18,065 bases of DNA from Bacteroidia bacterium (GTDB taxonomy: Bacteria > Bacteroidota > Bacteroidia > J057 > JANWXU01): the NCBI GenBank assembly GCA_033579355.1, contig JAVQVV010000208.1, positions 1 through 18,065 on the forward strand. The letters run 5' to 3'. A program made the position numbers and the translations under genes. Position 1 is the stretch's first letter. The number at the start of each line of letters is the position of its first letter. This document shows positions 15,890 through 18,065 of this stretch, piece after piece. The notes below the pieces were generated by a model. It did no database searches. It saw nothing but the letters and a program-made list of their open reading frames with translations, and was not told where the DNA came from.

Positions 15890-18049
15890 ATGAAAAAAAT
15901 TCAGTATTGCTTCCTCATTGTAGTACTACTTGCTTCCGTAAGGGGGAATGTTAAAGGTACGCCGCCTGACGAAGGAATGTGGCTACCGCTTTTAATTTCA
16001 CAAAATTTTAGTGAAATGCAGCGCTTAGGTCTAAAGCTGACTCCTGAGCAAATTTATTCGATCAATCAATCCAGCCTAAAAGATGCAATTGTTCATTTTG
16101 GGGGGGGCTGCACAGGAGAAATCATTTCTCCCGAAGGACTTTTACTTACCAACCATCACTGCGGCTATGGTCAAATTCAAAGTCACAGCACTGTGGAAAA
16201 TGACTATCTTACCAACGGCTTTTGGGCTAAAAGTAAAAAAGAAGAACTTCCTAACGAAGGACTAGTAGTATCCTTTTTGGAAAGAATAGAAGATGTTACA
16301 GAAAGAGTAAAAAGGCAGCTTAGTGATGATATGTCTGAAATTGAAAGGCAACAAAAACTACAAACTCAAATTATTCCGCAAATAGAAAAAGAAGCTAGCC
16401 AGGGTGGAAAATACCGAGCAGTAGTTAAGGAAATGTATGCTGGCAGCGAATTTTACTTATTTGTGTATCAAGACTATAAAGATGTTCGGCTTGTAGGAGC
16501 TCCACCCGAGTCTATTGGCAAATTTGGGGGAGATACAGATAACTGGATGTGGCCAAGGCATACGGGCGATTTTACATTATTCCGCGTATACATGGCACCT
16601 GATGGCAGTCCTGCCGAATATAGCCCCAATAATGTACCCTATCGCTCCAAACATTATCTTCCTATCTCGGCTAAGGGTATACAAAAAAATGATTTTGCTA
16701 TGATTATGGGGTACCCCGGCCGCACTAACCGCTACCTTACTTCCTATGAAGTAGAACAAATTTTTGAGCAAGATAACCCACTGCGTATCAAACTAAGGGA
16801 AAAAAGACTTGCCCTCATGAAAGAAGATATGGATGCTGACCCTATCATTCGTATCAAATACGCCTCCAAGTATGCTGCTATAAGTAATTACTATAAGTAT
16901 TTTATTGGTCAAAATAAAGGGCTGCGACGTTTACGTACTATAGAGTATAAGAGAGAACAGGAACAAAAATTCATGGAATGGGTGAATGCTGACCCCCAAC
17001 GCAAGCAACGCTACGGAAAAATTTTTCAAGAAATGAAAGAAGCCGTGGAGCAAAACCGCACTATAAACCCTACTAATATCTATTTTCGAGAAGCAGTATT
17101 AGCCTCAGAACTACTTTTGCTAGCCCACCGACTAAGCTTTACTTATGATAAGCTCGTAAGTGGTAAAAAACCTACCCAAGAAGAACTCGAAGACCTTAAA
17201 GAGATGGCGGCTAAAATACACAAAGACTACAACTACGCCACTGATATTAAAATAACAAGTGCCCTTTTTCAAATGTACGAAAAAGATATACCCAAAGAAC
17301 ACCAGCCAGAAGTTTTTCAACTGATCCAAAAAAAGTATAAGGGTAACTACAAGGCCTTCTTTGAAAAAACTTTTGGAGCTTCCATTCTGAAAGACCCTAA
17401 AAAACTTGAAAATTTTATTACTAATTTTGACCATAAAGTGCTAGAGAAAGACCCCGCTTTTAAGCTATACTTAGATATCCGTACGAAAGTTCGAAGTGTA
17501 GTAACTACTATCTCACAAAACTATGAGCTTACTCGCCTTAAAAACACAAGACTGTATATAGAAGGACTTCGTAAAATGCATAGTAATAAGCTCTTCTACC
17601 CCGATGCCAATTCTACTATGCGTCTAACCTACGGCAAAGTGCTGGACTACAAACCTATGGATGCAGTACATTTTGATTACATTACTACTATTGACGGAAT
17701 TTTTGAAAAAGAAGATCCTACCAACCCTGAATTTATTGTTCCATCTAAATTAGCAGAGCTTTATAAAAAGAAAGACTACGGCCGCTGGGGAAGCAATGGT
17801 ACTTTAGTAACCTGTTTTATTACTGATAACGATATTACGGGTGGAAATTCTGGAAGTCCTGTAATTAACGGAGAAGGACACCTTATTGGCGTAGCTTTTG
17901 ATGGCAATTGGGAAGCAATGACTGGCGATATTGTTTTTGATAAGGAACTTAAGCGAACAATTTGTGTAGACGCGCGCTACGTACTTTTTATTATTGATAA
18001 ATTTGCAGGCGCCACTAATATTTTGAAAGAATTGGATATTCGATACTAA
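15890..18049 (+). CDS. S46-family dipeptidyl-peptidase (DPP7/DPP11-like serine peptidase), 719 aa, secreted/periplasmic
   Basis: Signal peptide MKKIQYCFLIVVLLASVRG, then the conserved S46 mature N-terminus DEGMWLP. Catalytic His in the TNHHCGYG context, and catalytic Ser in GGNSGSPVINGEGHLIGVAFDGNWEAM (chymotrypsin-fold GDSGGP equivalent). The length and the alpha-helical insert (aa ~280-560) are typical of S46. Confidence 0.9.
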   Translation: MKKIQYCFLIVVLLASVRGNVKGTPPDEGMWLPLLISQNFSEMQRLGLKLTPEQIYSINQSSLKDAIVHFGGGCTGEIISPEGLLLTNHHCGYGQIQSHSTVENDYLTNGFWAKSKKEELPNEGLVVSFLERIEDVTERVKRQLSDDMSEIERQQKLQTQIIPQIEKEASQGGKYRAVVKEMYAGSEFYLFVYQDYKDVRLVGAPPESIGKFGGDTDNWMWPRHTGDFTLFRVYMAPDGSPAEYSPNNVPYRSKHYLPISAKGIQKNDFAMIMGYPGRTNRYLTSYEVEQIFEQDNPLRIKLREKRLALMKEDMDADPIIRIKYASKYAAISNYYKYFIGQNKGLRRLRTIEYKREQEQKFMEWVNADPQRKQRYGKIFQEMKEAVEQNRTINPTNIYFREAVLASELLLLAHRLSFTYDKLVSGKKPTQEELEDLKEMAAKIHKDYNYATDIKITSALFQMYEKDIPKEHQPEVFQLIQKKYKGNYKAFFEKTFGASILKDPKKLENFITNFDHKVLEKDPAFKLYLDIRTKVRSVVTTISQNYELTRLKNTRLYIEGLRKMHSNKLFYPDANSTMRLTYGKVLDYKPMDAVHFDYITTIDGIFEKEDPTNPEFIVPSKLAELYKKKDYGRWGSNGTLVTCFITDNDITGGNSGSPVINGEGHLIGVAFDGNWEAMTGDIVFDKELKRTICVDARYVLFIIDKFAGATNILKELDIRY

Positions 18050-18065
18050 TTTGGAAAACATTAGT

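Noticed and set aside
16083-17434. Short ORFs inside the S46 peptidase gene (16083-16265 +, 16515-16703 +, 16577-16771 -, 17132-17434 -), and 17804-18061 - at its 3' end
   Set aside because: All nested in or antisense to the 719-aa S46 CDS, which has diagnostic motifs across its whole length.

Overview
AT-rich, Bacteroidota-like chromosomal window (inferred from an S46 peptidase, a giant SBBP/Ig-repeat surface protein and Shine-Dalgarno-poor starts). It holds seven genes and no RNA genes, CRISPR arrays or transposases that I could support.

- **Giant surface protein, minus strand, 1-9186.** It starts at 9184-9186 and is still open at position 1, so at least 3062 codons lie in the window. The architecture is signal peptide, a ~230-aa N-terminal module, a 7-8-bladed SBBP-type beta-propeller, then ~27 tandem two-cysteine Ig-like repeats of ~85 aa. 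The C-terminus, probably a sorting domain, lies outside the window.
- **Major vault protein homologue, 9414-11858 (+), 814 aa.** It is transcribed divergently from the giant gene across a 227-bp AT-rich spacer. It has an MVP-repeat N-terminus, a shoulder-like region and a long cap-helix coiled coil. This is a rare eukaryote-type protein in bacteria and the most interesting object in the window.
- **Downstream genes.** Convergent acyl-CoA dehydrogenase (11996-13186, -), adenine phosphoribosyltransferase (13277-13807, -), an SDR oxidoreductase (13858-14550, -), a divergently transcribed AlkB-family alkane hydroxylase with all four histidine boxes (14712-15749, +), and a secreted S46 dipeptidyl-peptidase (15890-18049, +).

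Plus-strand ORFs inside 1-9186, and short ORFs nested in the other genes, are antisense or out-of-frame artefacts.
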